Below are positions 25,160 to 34,948 of a stretch of 64,000 bases of DNA, in pieces. The notes under the pieces are model-generated. The model worked only from the letters and a program-made list of their open reading frames with translations. It ran no database searches and was not told the DNA's origin. Numbering within the stretch: position 1 is the first letter of the stretch; each line of letters starts with the position of its first letter. Source of the stretch: a virus (taxonomy: Duplodnaviria; Caudoviricetes); IMG/VR virus record IMGVR_UViG_3300018080_000180, positions 368-64,367 of that record. The stretch is one strand, 5' to 3'. The position numbers and the translations under genes were made by a program.

Positions 25160-28100
25160 TTATGCAGCCCTCAATGAACTTGCACTGGCGTCATCGAAAG
25201 CATCTCCAGCCTTGCCAGCGGTATTGGCAAAACCGTACTTAAATCCGGGAGCGTAATAAAAGATCTCCCCCGCATCGTTCTCAAGAACAATGACATCAAA
25301 AACAAAGTCGACGTCATTTCTTGTTGCCATCACAACATCGCTTTCCACGCCATTGATGGTATATTCAACCCCATTGACAAAAAACGGCTGATTTACAGAT
25401 CCCTCTATCGCCGACTTCGTGGTCGCATTCATATTAACATTGAATGCAGTAGTGTTCCCAGCGCCATTCTTCACGACTGATGGCTTTCCATACACATCGG
25501 TATTCCGTTGGAGCTCCACCTCCCAGTCCTGAATGGTGCCACTCATTGGAACCCTCTGCTTATATACCTCATAGTCACCCTTTGTGACATACGCAAGATT
25601 GGTCGGCTGACTCGGCATATCCCCGAGTCCATAGTTGTTTTCCGGAGAAAGGTCGGAACGCATCCGGCCGTCATCTCCGTAAAGGTTACTAACCATGCCT
25701 GTCGCCGGATCGATCTGCCACCCCTTGCCACCGTCCCAAATCTGCTGGAATTCTGCAATGTCAAGGACTCCGTCTGCTCCTGCCAAGGGAGTGTCACGCA
25801 GAGCCTGATAGAATTGGGTGAAGATCCCGTTGATCAGACTCGCCTCGGTGCTCATGTGTGCTTGGTTGTTTTCATCGTACCACACAAAGCTGCCCGGAGG
25901 CATATCGGTAACCTGCGTTACCTCGTTTGAAGGGAGCGCCTCCCAATATTCGCCTTCCAGCGGGGCGTTGGTAAGCAGCGTGTCGAGGTTCACCAGCTCA
26001 TCAGCCACACCGTTCTCGTTCATCGCGATCGAGGTGGCCACGCCGCTCTGGCTGTACACCTGTATCTGTGATGGTCCAAAGCGCTCATTGAGAAATTTCC
26101 GAGCGTCAAACACACCGTTATCAAAATAGTCATACAGGTCCACGCCCTGAGCATTGAGCTGTGAAATCTTGTCGACTACGTCGCCCTGAGTGACAGGTCG
26201 GGTTGTGCCGTCCGGGTTGGTCACATAGAAGTTGGTTCCATTACCGGGAGCAGTCATCACCTCTTCGCGGTCGTACACCGGGGTGCCATCAGTATTGTAC
26301 TGGGTGATGTCGGCACCATTCGGCGTGGTGTAGTCAAAGGCAGTTGCGGGATCGTTCCACGGCCACGCAATGGTTGCATAGTTCGGCGTTCCGTCCTCGT
26401 TGATATCGGAGCTGCTGTTACGCCACGAACGAATAGAGGTCTGGAGGGCCTCGAAGGTTCTGGCGTTGCTCGGATCGGTGATAGCAGCATCCGGGTTGTC
26501 GAAGTACTGCTCATTGATGATGCCGTCATCAACGAGATCGATAACAGTCTGTTGAGTCCCGTCACGGTTGAGATAGTCGCGGCGGTTCTCTACCCACGCC
26601 TCGATCCTTGCAGCTCCTGTTGGGCTGTCAGGATCATCGATCTTCAGCATGTTGGCAACGTATGCTTTGAGGTTCGGATCCTCTGCCAGCATGTCCGTAG
26701 CACTCATGCCCGGGTCAAAGTCGAGCAGCGCAGTGATACGACCATCAGCCAGAGCACCGAACTCTTCAGACTTCTGGGTGCGCATCGAGCTGATCATGTC
26801 CCCGATGGCCTGATCAACTATCGGATCACTGGGGTCTACTCCATAATCGGCCGCGATCTGCGTGCGAAGCGACTCGTTGCCGAGAATGTCTGTCGAGCTG
26901 CTTCCGGCATCGAGCATAAGGCCAATGAGATCCGACGGCGTCTTCTGGCTTTGCGACATCGAGATGGCCATGTAGTCTGCCTCGGTAGCTCCATCAGGCC
27001 CGTACTCTTCGAGGAACCTCGAAAGAGACATGCCGTTGGCAATATCGTTGGCCATACGGCCAAAGGCTTCGTCATCGTACTTCTGAAGTGTCCGGGCGTT
27101 CTCGAACAGGTTCTGGGCAGAATCGATCTGCAACTTCAGGATGTCCCCGCCGATATCGCCAAGGAGCTTTGACAGCTGACCACTGGTATCCCGGACGGCT
27201 GCGGCCATCATCGCCGACATCGCCTGAGGGCTGATATTGCCCTGAAGCCCCTGCTGTTTGAGAGCAGCCAGTGCAGCGGCATCGGCCCCGCTCTGGGCGC
27301 TTACAAGGCGATTCAGAGTGCTCTGAATGTATGCCGAGTCTCCGCTCATGAGGCCACGCAGGATGTCCTGAGCCGCTTCCATGTCGGTGTCATACTGATC
27401 AGTAGTCGGCGCTGCAGCTGTAACAGTATCAGGGGTGACACCTATTCCAGCCTGACCACGAGCCTCATCGCTCATCTCAAGGGCAGGTATATCCCCTCGA
27501 CCAATCGCAGCATCCCGCTCAAGAGCCATCTGCCGATAGTCGGGAGCGGGGGCTTTCGGTGGTTCAAGTGTGGGAGGCTTTGGAGTCTCGACCGTTTTCG
27601 GCGGTGGAGGAGTAACCGTCTTCATCCCAGTGATATCAGTTCCCTCGGCCTGCCCCGGAGTGATGTTGTAATTGGCCGGCTGCATGCCAATAGCTTCCAT
27701 ACCTCTACCAATGTCGTATGCCTGCTGTCTGCCGGCCACATTTTCTGGAAGGTTTGCCTGCTGAATGGCAGTCGGGGTTCCGGTTATTTTGGGCGCAGGC
27801 GGCAGTCCTTCGTTATTCTGATCATCGGGAGGCGGCTGGGTTGCACTGTAGGTTCCCGATTGCAGCCCCATTTTTGGCTGCTGACCGATAGCCGCTCGCA
27901 TTGCGTTAGGATCAAACCGTCCGCCATGGACTGCTCCAGCCATGTCTCGCAGGATGTCAGGACCTATGGCGGCCGTCTCGTCGGCACTGAAGACCCACTC
28001 GCCCTCGTGCTTGTCGGTTACCGGCGAGCCTACCCCGGGAGTACGCCTGTCCTGTTGCACCACCCCGTCAGGGCCGGCGCCGGTATATCCGGAAGGCATG

Positions 28101-28198
28101 GCGGGGCCTTGACCAACAGCTGCCTCGTTCCTGTCAGGCTCTCCGAACACAACAGGAGGAAGGTCCGTCCACCAGTCTCTCACTTTTTTCGTAGGCAT
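25160..28198 (-). CDS. Putative ejection protein (1012 aa)
   Basis: KHEGEWVFSADETAAIG motif, A/Q/G-rich middle, acidic C-terminus. Confidence 0.7.
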   Translation of the reverse strand: MPTKKVRDWWTDLPPVVFGEPDRNEAAVGQGPAMPSGYTGAGPDGVVQQDRRTPGVGSPVTDKHEGEWVFSADETAAIGPDILRDMAGAVHGGRFDPNAMRAAIGQQPKMGLQSGTYSATQPPPDDQNNEGLPPAPKITGTPTAIQQANLPENVAGRQQAYDIGRGMEAIGMQPANYNITPGQAEGTDITGMKTVTPPPPKTVETPKPPTLEPPKAPAPDYRQMALERDAAIGRGDIPALEMSDEARGQAGIGVTPDTVTAAAPTTDQYDTDMEAAQDILRGLMSGDSAYIQSTLNRLVSAQSGADAAALAALKQQGLQGNISPQAMSAMMAAAVRDTSGQLSKLLGDIGGDILKLQIDSAQNLFENARTLQKYDDEAFGRMANDIANGMSLSRFLEEYGPDGATEADYMAISMSQSQKTPSDLIGLMLDAGSSSTDILGNESLRTQIAADYGVDPSDPIVDQAIGDMISSMRTQKSEEFGALADGRITALLDFDPGMSATDMLAEDPNLKAYVANMLKIDDPDSPTGAARIEAWVENRRDYLNRDGTQQTVIDLVDDGIINEQYFDNPDAAITDPSNARTFEALQTSIRSWRNSSSDINEDGTPNYATIAWPWNDPATAFDYTTPNGADITQYNTDGTPVYDREEVMTAPGNGTNFYVTNPDGTTRPVTQGDVVDKISQLNAQGVDLYDYFDNGVFDARKFLNERFGPSQIQVYSQSGVATSIAMNENGVADELVNLDTLLTNAPLEGEYWEALPSNEVTQVTDMPPGSFVWYDENNQAHMSTEASLINGIFTQFYQALRDTPLAGADGVLDIAEFQQIWDGGKGWQIDPATGMVSNLYGDDGRMRSDLSPENNYGLGDMPSQPTNLAYVTKGDYEVYKQRVPMSGTIQDWEVELQRNTDVYGKPSVVKNGAGNTTAFNVNMNATTKSAIEGSVNQPFFVNGVEYTINGVESDVVMATRNDVDFVFDVIVLENDAGEIFYYAPGFKYGFANTAGKAGDAFDDASASSLRAA

Positions 28199-28213
28199 CG
28201 CAAGCTCCCTTAA

Positions 28214-28585
28214 TTAACCGAACAGATTGATCCGTGTAGCCGTGGTGGCTGCGCTGAGATGGACACGGGTGCAGTGGAACGGCTTGTCCACGCCGGGGGT
28301 AAACGACTCAAGAACGTAGTTGTCGTTTGGAAGGTCCATCTGGACGTTCGCAAGAGCCGCACCGACAACAGAAACCATACGCACCCTGAACCGGGGAATG
28401 TAGGTATCTTCGGTAATCGGCCTCGTAGAATCGTCGTTGTGGTTCTTCAGATACCACGTTGAGCCACTCTTGATGAGCGTCTGGCACCGATAAAGTGGCG
28501 TTGCCAGCTTCTCTGCGTCGCTGCCCGTTTCGTGAACGAACGGGGTCTGCGGCCTGCCCTTTTGATTGTCGTTGTAAAAAGACAC
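28214..28585 (-). CDS. Putative virion protein (123 aa)
   Basis: AAGGAGG SD; beta-rich. Confidence 0.7.
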   Translation of the reverse strand: MSFYNDNQKGRPQTPFVHETGSDAEKLATPLYRCQTLIKSGSTWYLKNHNDDSTRPITEDTYIPRFRVRMVSVVGAALANVQMDLPNDNYVLESFTPGVDKPFHCTRVHLSAATTATRINLFG

Positions 28586-28596
28586 TCGAACCTCCT

Positions 28597-31341
28597 TTAA
28601 ATGAATACTCCAACCCTTAGTCCGCCGAAGCCTCCGCCTCCACCTTCCATCGGAACCCCGCCGAGAATCATCGGAGTGCCAACAGATTCACCACTAATTA
28701 TACCATTTGGAAGCACCACGCCCTCCCGCATGACGATAATCGATCCAATGTTTTCTTCTGACGGGATACCGGCAGGCGTAATCGCAACACTCCCGGGAAT
28801 AATGGTGGGTGATCCCATCGATTCACCAGAGGCGATTCCATTGGGAGTTATGGTAACTGCACCCGGAACGACAGTAGGCGCCCCGATCGCCTCTCCGGAC
28901 GGTATTCCGGAAACGCTGATAGTCATGTTAACCTTGGGTGACCCCATCGATTCGCCAGAAGCTATACCGGACGGATTGACAGTCACGCTCCCAACAATAA
29001 TAGAGGGGGATCCCATGGATTCGCTTGAGCTGATTCCGCTTGGCGTTATGTTTACCGGACCCGCCACCACCGTGGGAGATCCGATCGATTCCGATGACCC
29101 TATGCCATTTGGAGATACTGTCACTGCTCCGACGGATACGGTAATGCCGCCTGTTACCTCTCCTGACGCAACACCGTTTGGTTCTACGACCTGATCTCCA
29201 ATAACGGCAGGAGATCCAATTGATTCGCCAGAGGATATCCCGGACGGGCTTATTGTTACCGATCCCGGAACGACCGTTGGGCTCCCAATGGATTCGCCAG
29301 AGGCGATACCATTTGGAGATATGGTAACCGCACCTTCAACTACAGTCGGGCTGCCGATCGATTCTGAGGACGCTATGCCATCGGGAGTGACCGTAACCGC
29401 CCCGGGGACAACGGTCGGGCCTCCAATCGATTCTCCGGATGCAATCCCATCAGGAGTGATCGTCACAGATCCGGGGACAACAGTTGGGGATCCAATCGAC
29501 TCGCCAGAAGCAATTCCGTTTGGAGTAACCGTCACAGCTCCGGGTACAACAGTCGGACTCCCAATTGACTCGCTGGAGGAAATACCATTTGGAGACACTG
29601 TAACCGTCGTGGTGATCGTGGGGCTTCCCATCGACTCGCCTGAAGATATCCCGGTCGGCGTAACTGTCTGTGCGGTTACAGAAAAATCAATAACGAAGTA
29701 TGAATATTCAGCCGCAACGGATTTAGTACCAATTCTATTTACACGCAGATTGGTGGTTGACGTAAAAGAATACCGGCAAAAGGATGATTCAGGCGAATCA
29801 TTACTTCCCACGCTTGCACCGTAATTAGTATAAGCGCCACCGGGGAGTATGCAGACCGAATTGGCAAGCGTTATCGCCGAGATGGTTTCATCTGCCTGAG
29901 TAGTGGATGAATCCATCGAGATCGTTGAATGCTGTACGGTTGCTGATATCCCGGTGATCTCGACAACATACACGGTCGCATCCATTGCGTTGCCGGTTAC
30001 GTCTTTATACCCGGTTACTGTCGTAGAGTTGGTGAGCTGATACCGCATTAACTTTTGAGCGGCAACATTATATGATCCGTTGTCGGTCTGATATGCTGAC
30101 CCAACAAGGAAGGTCTTTGAGGTGTCAACGGAACTTATAGTATCAGTCCCGGACGTAGCGCCTGACGCAAGTGACAAGTCGGCTTGCTGAACGTCAAACG
30201 CTTCACCTTCCATCACCTGCCAGTAACAGGTACAGCTACCTCCCGGCGCGGCCCGAACAGATATTTGAAGATTGGTCGTGGATGTCAGTTCTACCATGAA
30301 CCAAGACTTTGTATGCCACCACGTTTCGCCGCTATCTTGTTGTATTCCGATTAGCGGGAAAGAATTAGCAAGCGTCACAGCGTCAATGGTTACATTGGTC
30401 GTTGTGGCCGATATGGATTGAGAGCCATGCTGTACCTTGAATCCGTCCCCCTCAAACTCCCATATCTCATAGTAGATTGTCCCACTACTTCCCGATATGG
30501 CCCCCCGGTAGAACGTGGCTTTAATCGTGGTTCCATCAATCCAAAGTCGTGGTGCCCAACCTGAACGTCTTGGTTCCTTCTCTGCGTAATTTCCAGTATA
30601 GAAAATCACGCTCTTGTTAATGTCAATTATTCCGTGGGTCGATCCTACGTCAACGGTCTTCGATGTATCGCTATTGGCAAAAGCAACCGACCCTTGAATC
30701 TTCTGCACGAAAGCATCGTCACGGGATGGAATAAGGATGAGCGTGTGGCAGATAGATTGTTTTGAGTCAGACGACCCGAATGTCGTTGCGGCAATAGCAC
30801 CTTCCGAAACGGTCGTGTTGCTATCGGCTATCGCAGAGTGAGTTGAATCTTCACGTTCTGTATATCCGCTCCGTGGGGACATTGAGGTATTCGACCCCTC
30901 AACACTCATGCAGTCCACAACCCAACAGCCTGATGTGGCAGGATGCACCGCGCCAGTATCATGCGTAGTCGCAAAGTCAAGGTCAACGTCTACTGCGGCA
31001 GAATCATCAACGGCACCAAACGGAGTCTTATCATCCACTCCGCTGTATGCCGATATAATCCCATACAGGTTGTCGCTTGCACAGGCAACGGAAAAGGTGA
31101 AATTCGATGCGGCCACATCCCCAGAATCGGCAATCTTGTACAGCGTTGTCTGCCCGTGATAGTCAGAATCGCTGTCATACTTTTCTGTCCACCCAGCAAG
31201 AGACGCGCTGACTCCAGTCTCGTCTTGACTTGAGATAACAGCGATCATCAAGTCTCCGACAGTAAGGCCGGACGGCTTGGTAATCGTTATGGACGTACCA
31301 GTGGTATCGTTGTGCGCGGATGCTCTGAAGGCAATGGCCAT
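28597..31341 (-). CDS. S/T-rich fibre/decoration protein with repeats
   Basis: ITITKPSGLTVGDLMIAV N-domain; four VQxG/S...V/IDxxxS-type repeats; 15 C-terminal repeats. Confidence 0.8.
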   Translation of the reverse strand: MAIAFRASAHNDTTGTSITITKPSGLTVGDLMIAVISSQDETGVSASLAGWTEKYDSDSDYHGQTTLYKIADSGDVAASNFTFSVACASDNLYGIISAYSGVDDKTPFGAVDDSAAVDVDLDFATTHDTGAVHPATSGCWVVDCMSVEGSNTSMSPRSGYTEREDSTHSAIADSNTTVSEGAIAATTFGSSDSKQSICHTLILIPSRDDAFVQKIQGSVAFANSDTSKTVDVGSTHGIIDINKSVIFYTGNYAEKEPRRSGWAPRLWIDGTTIKATFYRGAISGSSGTIYYEIWEFEGDGFKVQHGSQSISATTTNVTIDAVTLANSFPLIGIQQDSGETWWHTKSWFMVELTSTTNLQISVRAAPGGSCTCYWQVMEGEAFDVQQADLSLASGATSGTDTISSVDTSKTFLVGSAYQTDNGSYNVAAQKLMRYQLTNSTTVTGYKDVTGNAMDATVYVVEITGISATVQHSTISMDSSTTQADETISAITLANSVCILPGGAYTNYGASVGSNDSPESSFCRYSFTSTTNLRVNRIGTKSVAAEYSYFVIDFSVTAQTVTPTGISSGESMGSPTITTTVTVSPNGISSSESIGSPTVVPGAVTVTPNGIASGESIGSPTVVPGSVTITPDGIASGESIGGPTVVPGAVTVTPDGIASSESIGSPTVVEGAVTISPNGIASGESIGSPTVVPGSVTISPSGISSGESIGSPAVIGDQVVEPNGVASGEVTGGITVSVGAVTVSPNGIGSSESIGSPTVVAGPVNITPSGISSSESMGSPSIIVGSVTVNPSGIASGESMGSPKVNMTISVSGIPSGEAIGAPTVVPGAVTITPNGIASGESMGSPTIIPGSVAITPAGIPSEENIGSIIVMREGVVLPNGIISGESVGTPMILGGVPMEGGGGGFGGLRVGVFI
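28670..29670 (-). repeat. ~15 coding repeats, mostly 23 aa / 69 bp (TPxGIASGESIGSPTVVPGxVTI)
   Basis: Visible in translation and DNA. Confidence 0.9.
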
Positions 31342-31892
31342 TACGACACCGCAACCTCTCCAAGAACCTCAGACGACTGGATTCCCTGTGGCGATACCAG
31401 CTTGTCCCTGACCATGCCGCTCTGAGCCATTACAACGAGTGGAGCACCACGCTCTCCGTTGAAGTTGATTGCGTAAAACGGCACGGGAATGGTGGAAACG
31501 ACCGGAGCTACCAATGCAATGTGCGTGATATTCTGATACCACCCTGCTGCACGTATGTTTGACACGAGGTCGGGAATATCGATTATACCACTTCCAAGGT
31601 CTCCGTCGTATGACCCTATCGCGTCGATGACGTATTGCTCGGAATCGTAGCTCCTTGCATGTATGTGCCTATAGGCAAGCCTGCCTTCTTCCTCTGGAGA
31701 AACCCAGCCGGAATCGTTAAATACCGAGTAAACGGTGGCACCATCATGGAAGTAAGAAAACCTCCACGATCCAACATCGTCCACGCTGACCGGGTTAAAG
31801 CAGCTGCCGCACTGCACCTCGTATAGCACGGCACCCGGAAACGACCCAGACACGAGCGAGTTCGACTCGCCTATGAGGATAACAAGCGACAT
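31341..31892 (-). CDS. Putative virion protein (183 aa)
   Basis: Ends in one repeat unit SPQGIQSSEVLG like the downstream gene. Confidence 0.65.
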   Translation of the reverse strand: MSLVILIGESNSLVSGSFPGAVLYEVQCGSCFNPVSVDDVGSWRFSYFHDGATVYSVFNDSGWVSPEEEGRLAYRHIHARSYDSEQYVIDAIGSYDGDLGSGIIDIPDLVSNIRAAGWYQNITHIALVAPVVSTIPVPFYAINFNGERGAPLVVMAQSGMVRDKLVSPQGIQSSEVLGEVAVS

Positions 31893-31901
31893 GCTATCCT
31901 T

Positions 31902-32312
31902 TTACAGCTTGAAAATGTACGGCGTTGACGCCTGCCACTGCACCGTGATATCGCCACCGTTGGGCGTTACCGGGAGGCCGCTTCCTGTATCGATGTAACA
32001 GATAAGCGTGCTGGTAGACTCCGTGCCGGTGTGCTTGTAAAGCAGAACGCCGTCCGCCGCATCTCCGGTAACCGAAGAAAAGGTGGTGTCGTTCGCATCG
32101 CAGGCACCATCGGTGTCGGGTGTCGACTGACCGGCGAGTGATTCAGTTGCCACACGGGCAGCCCCGGCAATATCGTCGAGGTTCTGATCGGCCGAAAGAT
32201 TCGGGTCATCGTCGGTTTCGTCGATAAGGATCGCCTTGATCGTGTCATTGACCCAGTCAATGTTCCCGTTGGCGAACTCGTTTCGACCGTAATCAAACAT
32301 TCCAGTGGCCAT
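31902..32312 (-). CDS. Minor structural/tail protein (136 aa)
   Basis: IDWVNDTIK...LICYID...LPVTPNGGDITVQW...IFKL family motif. Confidence 0.75.
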   Translation of the reverse strand: MATGMFDYGRNEFANGNIDWVNDTIKAILIDETDDDPNLSADQNLDDIAGAARVATESLAGQSTPDTDGACDANDTTFSSVTGDAADGVLLYKHTGTESTSTLICYIDTGSGLPVTPNGGDITVQWQASTPYIFKL

Positions 32313-32335
32313 TATGGCCCCCTTTCAGAAGAGGT

Positions 32336-32638
32336 TTAGTATTCAGCACCATCTATAAAAATATAGACCTTGTTTAAAAAGCTGGCGTTTCCACTTACTG
32401 AATCGCCAGCATCAAGAACTATGAACGGATCGAGCTGATATGTCTCTTTTGCGGCAAGCTGCTTCGATGGAATCAGCGATACACCATCGACACTCAGGTT
32501 AAATGACTGCGGGTTTGACAGGTCGGTATTGACAACCACAATGCTTCTGATAATAGCCTGTCTCCCGGTCGGAACCACGTACACCGAAGATACTCCGGTA
32601 GGAATAACCCCGTGGAATAATTTTGCTGCTATTTTCAT
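32336..32638 (-). CDS. Small beta-sandwich virion protein
   Basis: VYVVPTG..AIIRSIVVVN...VLDAGDSV...IDGAE. Confidence 0.7.
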   Translation of the reverse strand: MKIAAKLFHGVIPTGVSSVYVVPTGRQAIIRSIVVVNTDLSNPQSFNLSVDGVSLIPSKQLAAKETYQLDPFIVLDAGDSVSGNASFLNKVYIFIDGAEY

Positions 32639-32874
32639 ATCCCCATCAAAATCAGCTCTTCGAGGTTCTGTTGAACCTGCTGCGCAAAGAACCGATTGGT
32701 TACAGGATTGAGTTGCCGATTATTCACCGAGCGCAGGAACTCGATGTCGGTTGTATTTATTGACGCCTGCCGAGCAATGCGATCAATAGACGACTCTATT
32801 CCCTCGTTTCTTGCATGCGAGGATTCTCTGTTGAGAAACCGCTCGGGCCTTGTTATCGATCTGCCTCTCGCCAT
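32635..32874 (-). CDS. Hypothetical virion protein (79 aa, MARGRS)
   Basis: TAATG coupling, AGGAG SD. Confidence 0.6.
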   Translation of the reverse strand: MARGRSITRPERFLNRESSHARNEGIESSIDRIARQASINTTDIEFLRSVNNRQLNPVTNRFFAQQVQQNLEELILMGI

Positions 32875-34004
32875 TATGATACTCCTATGTAAGCGCGACC
32901 CTCGTTGTTGTTCATGTCGCGATAGTAGGCAGCGAGCGCAGAGTCGGATATATGCTTGTTGTAAAGCCTGAAATCGAACCACGACCCGGGCGTGATATTC
33001 AGCGCCGGAAGCGATGCACTGCTCTTGGCATAGTACATCTGCCATCCATTTATCGAATCGCCGTAAGCGGTCAACGGAATCGCAGGACCGCCCTGACCCA
33101 ACTCGACATCAACCCCGCCCTTCGTCCAGATAATGACGGTATAGGCGCCGGCTTGGGGATTGTTCACCATGGGAGTATCGGCAGTCGTCAGGAACGCCGA
33201 TCCGGATATTTCATCAGGCCCATCAATGGCCGTGACGTAGGTCCGGGGTAGCTGGTAAGCATTGGCCCGATCATAGAGCAGGAAGCGGTAGCTGGTAACC
33301 CACGCCTTCTTGCCTATCGACAGCTCGTCCTGATAGCCCCACTCGCTCATGGTGCGCTCGGCAACGGTCCCGAGCTTCGGCTTGATTATTGCATTGTGCT
33401 TCCGGGTGGTCAGCCTGAACTCTGAGGCAGCGAAACGAATAAGGAACTGAGCTCTCTGGGACTCGCATTTAACCCCCGAAAATACGGCCTCAGCCATGTC
33501 TGGAAGGTCTTCTGTAATCGCGTCCGGGGTGTAGCGCTCCCCGTCCATGTAGATCTCCAGATCGACTTCCTGAGCGTTTCTGAGCCCCCGAGAGTTATAT
33601 CCGGAGGCGCCCTTGTTATCGTCGTCCTGAGGGCGAATCTGCAACTGAGTCATATCGACCTCGAAGCTGTCGTCCTCCTTGCCCGGGCCGGCATCTTCCT
33701 GACGGGTGTGGATCTCGCACTCGATCTCGGTTCCTGTAGATAAAGCGTCGAAATCGCTCTCATCCTTGTCGGTATAAGCAGGTTTGTTGTGGGTAACGCG
33801 ATCATACGTCGCAAGCTCCCATACCTTGCGATCGTTCCTGTCCACCACTATCGAGCGCTGGATCTTGTTTTCGTCGAAAAACACCAGCGTCCCGATATTG
33901 GCCATGGGACGAACCCACTCAGGATTCTGATACATGCTCCACCCTATGCCCTGAGACGGCTCAAAGGCATAGCGGAGGCATCTTGCCACCCTTACCAGAC
34001 TCAT
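32874..34004 (-). CDS. Tail nozzle/stabilisation protein C-terminal half + LamG-like domain
   Basis: CLRYAF...GWSMY...EIECEIHT continues the nozzle fold; YTVIIW...DFRLYNKHIS LamG-like. Confidence 0.6.
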   Translation of the reverse strand: MSLVRVARCLRYAFEPSQGIGWSMYQNPEWVRPMANIGTLVFFDENKIQRSIVVDRNDRKVWELATYDRVTHNKPAYTDKDESDFDALSTGTEIECEIHTRQEDAGPGKEDDSFEVDMTQLQIRPQDDDNKGASGYNSRGLRNAQEVDLEIYMDGERYTPDAITEDLPDMAEAVFSGVKCESQRAQFLIRFAASEFRLTTRKHNAIIKPKLGTVAERTMSEWGYQDELSIGKKAWVTSYRFLLYDRANAYQLPRTYVTAIDGPDEISGSAFLTTADTPMVNNPQAGAYTVIIWTKGGVDVELGQGGPAIPLTAYGDSINGWQMYYAKSSASLPALNITPGSWFDFRLYNKHISDSALAAYYRDMNNNEGRAYIGVS

Positions 34005-34933
34005 GCTTCTGTGGGCTCCTCTGCCATCTCAGCGGGGATGTCCTCGGGGCGCCCGTCGCGGACGGCCTGAAGCATCGCCTCGTACATATCCTTCATCCTT
34101 ACGACCTTCTCGATCTGGCTGCGAGCCTGATCAAGACCTCTCTTGTCTGCCATGGCCTTGGCTACCCGGGCAGCGGCGCCGGCCTTGTAGATGCTGTTCT
34201 TGCAGCTCTCTATCTGGCCAAGGAGGATAATTTCCTTGTTCTGCGGGTTGATATCAGGCAGCTCATCCATTAGAAACCTCCCCGGCACCAAGTGCCTTAC
34301 ATGACAATGTGTGTCAACGAATATCTCGAAGCCGGCCTCTCGGGCAGCAATACAGAACCCGACATCCTCCCCGGTACTGACGCGCATCTTTTTGCCGTCA
34401 ACCTCGGTCTCAATAATGCGATGATAAAACCACGGATACTCGACCTTTTCGAACACCTCTTTGGCAACATACAGGAATCCGGCGCCGCACCAGTCGACCT
34501 TCAAGAGTGGCTCGGCAGTTTCGGCGTACTTCTTTTGGGTGAGAACCTTCCAGTACCTTTCGCCGGCAGCAATATTGCCGTCCATCCACCCGCAGGTGTA
34601 CTCCTCGTCATCCATATCCATCACGGTCGAATGACGGCTCTTGTACATTCCGGAGATTATCTGCTTCCCGCGACCAAGAAGACGCTCTGCCTGTTCAACC
34701 GTAAAGGCGATATCAGAATCAACGAACAGAAAGCCTTCAATGTCTCCCCTGATTTTCTGAATGGCCTCATACGCATGGCCGCCATTCACAAGCGTGTTTC
34801 TGCTGTCGGCGACAAGCGTACCGCGAACATTCATCCACGTAGCCTTTTTGCCCATGGCAGCTTTGAGCGCCTCAATAGAGTCCATACATTCGGGCTCTAT
34901 TCGCTCATAGTAAGGGGTGCAGATTTTCAGCAT
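34001..34933 (-). CDS. GT2-like glycosyltransferase with C-terminal coiled coil
   Basis: FLFVDSDI, CGAGFL, YPWF, GEDVGFC. Confidence 0.85.
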   Translation of the reverse strand: MLKICTPYYERIEPECMDSIEALKAAMGKKATWMNVRGTLVADSRNTLVNGGHAYEAIQKIRGDIEGFLFVDSDIAFTVEQAERLLGRGKQIISGMYKSRHSTVMDMDDEEYTCGWMDGNIAAGERYWKVLTQKKYAETAEPLLKVDWCGAGFLYVAKEVFEKVEYPWFYHRIIETEVDGKKMRVSTGEDVGFCIAAREAGFEIFVDTHCHVRHLVPGRFLMDELPDINPQNKEIILLGQIESCKNSIYKAGAAARVAKAMADKRGLDQARSQIEKVVRMKDMYEAMLQAVRDGRPEDIPAEMAEEPTEA

Positions 34934-34948
34934 GACAACTCCTGTCAA

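Noticed and set aside
28670-29670. CRISPR-like array
   Set aside because: Degenerate in-frame coding repeats without unique spacers
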